Both the position numbers and the translations under genes were made by a program. The notes under the pieces were generated by a model. The model worked only from the letters and a program-made list of their open reading frames with translations, did no database searches and had not been told where the DNA came from. Positions 14,167 to 16,283 of a stretch of DNA of 16,283 bases are shown in pieces. The stretch is from Opitutales bacterium. Its GTDB lineage: Bacteria > Verrucomicrobiota > Verrucomicrobiia > Opitutales > JABSRG01. Where the stretch lies: the NCBI GenBank assembly GCA_049599475.1, contig JBMYOQ010000083.1, forward strand, positions 1-16,283, read 5' to 3'. Positions within the stretch are counted from its first letter, which is position 1. Every line of letters starts with the position of its first letter.

Positions 14167-15957
14167 ATGTCGAAGACTCAAAATTCTACTCCCCGCCTCC
14201 TAATCTTAATGCTCACGGCGCTTCTTGGCGCCAAATCAGTGGCTCAAAGCCCCGATCACATGATCGATGACCCCACCCGAGAGGCTCGGATGCAATGGTG
14301 GCGCGAGGCACGGTTTGGCCTCTTCATTCACTGGGGCCTCTACAGTATCCCCGCAGGCGAATGGAAGGGCGAAATCTCAAAGAAGAATTACGCCGAATGG
14401 GCGATGCACAATTTTCAGATTCCTTACGAAGAATACAAGGAACTGGCGAAGGAATTTAACCCTACGGAGTTTGACCCCGAATACTGGGCTAAGCTCGCAG
14501 ACGAAGCGGGCATGGGCTACTTCGTTTTGACGACCAAGCACCACGACGGCTTCGCGCTGTTTGACTCCAAAGCTACCGACTACGACATGGTCGATGCGAC
14601 CCCCTATGGTCGCGATATTTTTGGACAATTAGTCGACGCGTTCCGTGATCGCGGCATGCGCGCCGGAGCCTACTACTCTCAAGACATCGACTGGAGTGCC
14701 CCGCAAGGATGGATCAAAAACTACAATACCTGGGACTATAGCATCTCTGAAGGCGACTACACGGCCTTCGACAAATACATGTATGAGAAATCTCTCCCTC
14801 AGGTAGAAGAGCTCGCCACAAACTATGGTGACGTCGATGTCTTTTGGTTCGATGTGCCACGCATGGTGAACAAGGAACGCGGTAAGGTCTTCCACGATCT
14901 CGTCCGCAAATACCAGCCGAATGCCGTAATAAGTGGGCGCATTGCCGTGCCTCAGGGAGCCTACGCAGATTATCTCGTCCCAGGAGACAATGGCTTCTAC
15001 ACCTCACCTCAGGGATTCGATTGGGAGTGCTGCGCTACGATGAACGAATCCTGGGGCTACACCAAGCATGAGAAAAAGGCCAAAAGCTCCGACGAAATCG
15101 TCATGGTTCTTCTCAAGACGGTGTCTTCTGGAGGTAACCTTCTCCTCAATATCGGACCCAAGCCCGACGGCACACTGCCCGCCGACCAAGTCAAAATCTT
15201 GGAGGACATCGCCGTCTGGATGAAGGACAACAAAGAGGCAATCCACGGCACGCAAGCGAACCCATTTAACGAATTCTTCGGATGGGGCTACTGCACCGTA
15301 AAAGGCAGTGACATCTACCTTCACGTCTCAGAATGGGAAGATGGAAAAGTCATCACAGTCCCACGTCTAAACAACAAAGTATCCAAACTTTCAGTACTCG
15401 GTGACAAGAAACGCAAGCTGTCTTACAAACACACAGATGGCGGCGTAGAAATCACTCTAAAGGGAGCCCCCGTGCACAACAGCGCGACAGTGATCAAGCT
15501 AAGCTGTGAAGGTGACTCTTTGGACATTTCTCCAGTAGACCTGAAGATGCAGCAAGGCTCGATTGCTCTGGAAACTCGATACGCCAAGAGCAAAGGGCAG
15601 CGCATGTCGACACTCCGCCACTCAATCGTCGGAGGCAAAGCGACCGCAGATATGTCTGGGGGCCACCCGAGCGAAGAGCTCGTATGGGAGTTCATTGCAG
15701 ACAAACCCGGCACCTACGCAATCACTGCTCTATGCATGGAGCCCGAAGATAAGAAGCTCCGAGAACGCACGATCAGCATCCAAACATCCGGCTCGAAGGT
15801 ATCTAAACAAGTCTCTACACAGAGCATAGAAAATGGGCAGATCCAAATCGGTGAGATCGAGATTGCGAAAGCGGGCCCAGTGAACCTGTCGATGAAAGTT
15901 TCAGGGGGTCGCGGCACTCCGATTTACCTAAAGTCGCTAAACCTCTCTCAATTATAA
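14167..15957 (+). CDS. Secreted alpha-L-fucosidase (GH29) with C-terminal beta-sandwich domains
   Basis: WWREARFGLFIHWGLYS, YAEW, LTTKHHDGF, VFWFD nucleophile, WECCATMNESWGY, GGNLLLNIGP. N-terminal signal peptide. Start is 14167 or 14140. Confidence 0.93.
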   Translation: MSKTQNSTPRLLILMLTALLGAKSVAQSPDHMIDDPTREARMQWWREARFGLFIHWGLYSIPAGEWKGEISKKNYAEWAMHNFQIPYEEYKELAKEFNPTEFDPEYWAKLADEAGMGYFVLTTKHHDGFALFDSKATDYDMVDATPYGRDIFGQLVDAFRDRGMRAGAYYSQDIDWSAPQGWIKNYNTWDYSISEGDYTAFDKYMYEKSLPQVEELATNYGDVDVFWFDVPRMVNKERGKVFHDLVRKYQPNAVISGRIAVPQGAYADYLVPGDNGFYTSPQGFDWECCATMNESWGYTKHEKKAKSSDEIVMVLLKTVSSGGNLLLNIGPKPDGTLPADQVKILEDIAVWMKDNKEAIHGTQANPFNEFFGWGYCTVKGSDIYLHVSEWEDGKVITVPRLNNKVSKLSVLGDKKRKLSYKHTDGGVEITLKGAPVHNSATVIKLSCEGDSLDISPVDLKMQQGSIALETRYAKSKGQRMSTLRHSIVGGKATADMSGGHPSEELVWEFIADKPGTYAITALCMEPEDKKLRERTISIQTSGSKVSKQVSTQSIENGQIQIGEIEIAKAGPVNLSMKVSGGRGTPIYLKSLNLSQL

Positions 15958-15976
15958 TCGATACAATCTCTAAATG

Positions 15977-16006
15977 AGGCCCGGACTCCACCGGGCCTTC
16001 CTTTTT
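15977..16006 (+). terminator. Rho-independent terminator or intercistronic hairpin
   Basis: AGGCCCGG-ACTCCA-CCGGGCCT-TCCTTTTT immediately after the fucosidase stop. Confidence 0.7.
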
Positions 16007-16013
16007 CTACTCT

Positions 16014-16231
16014 ATGCCTTACCTAGCCCCTACATTCACCCTAAGAGGCCTGCTCACGCTTCTATACGCACTTGTCTTCTCCATACATCTCATTGGGCAA
16101 AGCGCCGATAAACCCAACCTCATATACATACTCACTGACGATCAGGGCTATGGCGACGTATCTGCGCTCAACCCAGAGGGCAAAATTCCCACGCCTCATA
16201 CCGATCGCTTAGCGCACGAGGGCATGATTTT
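16014..16231 (+). pseudogene. 5' fragment of an S1-family (aryl)sulfatase, interrupted; not in the ORF track
   Basis: ATG 16014 gives a signal peptide then KPNLIYILTDDQGYGDVSALNPEGKIPTPHTDRLAHEGMIF. Similarity stops abruptly before the expected catalytic CxPxR motif. Confidence 0.85.
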
Positions 16232-16283
16232 TGTCGGTTTGCGGTTAAAATGCACCAGTAATTTGCGGGTGAAAGTGCACCAT
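16232..16283. mobile_element. Terminus of a probable IS21-family insertion sequence (truncated by the window edge)
   Basis: Starts TGT exactly where sulfatase similarity ends. Carries two tandem sub-terminal repeats 24 nt apart: TTTGCGGTTAAAATGCACCA (16238-16257) and TTTGCGGGTGAAAGTGCACCA (16262-16282). Confidence 0.75.

Noticed and set aside
115..15917. Remaining short ORFs in the track that overlap called genes, plus 4678-4866, 8749-8943 and 14019-14270
   Set aside because: They are antisense or off-frame to well-supported genes, or have no motif, RBS or recognisable family.

Overview
Bacterial chromosomal window. Gene styles suggest a Verrucomicrobiota/Opitutales-like organism, which is my inference. 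Left to right: hpf/raiA, an SDR, a DHFR/RibD-C family reductase, a LysR regulator, and an orphan response regulator with a degenerate sigma54-activator-like domain. Next is a tandem-duplicated module of [outer-membrane porin-like beta-barrel + small secreted binding-protein-like partner], divergent from a chemoreceptor gene interrupted by one in-frame TAA. An arsenic-resistance operon follows (arsR, arsC, a 61-aa triple-CC peptide, ArsP-like permease, NIP-like aquaporin; no ArsB/Acr3). The window ends with a secreted Dabb-like protein, a GH29 alpha-L-fucosidase, and the 5' end of a sulfatase broken by a probable IS21-family end. The best candidate for an undescribed system is the porin/small-protein/chemoreceptor locus at 5029-10481. 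Its two barrels diverge strongly in their central part while the two mature partner proteins are identical, which suggests a trans-envelope sensing relay with variable receptors and an invariant adaptor.
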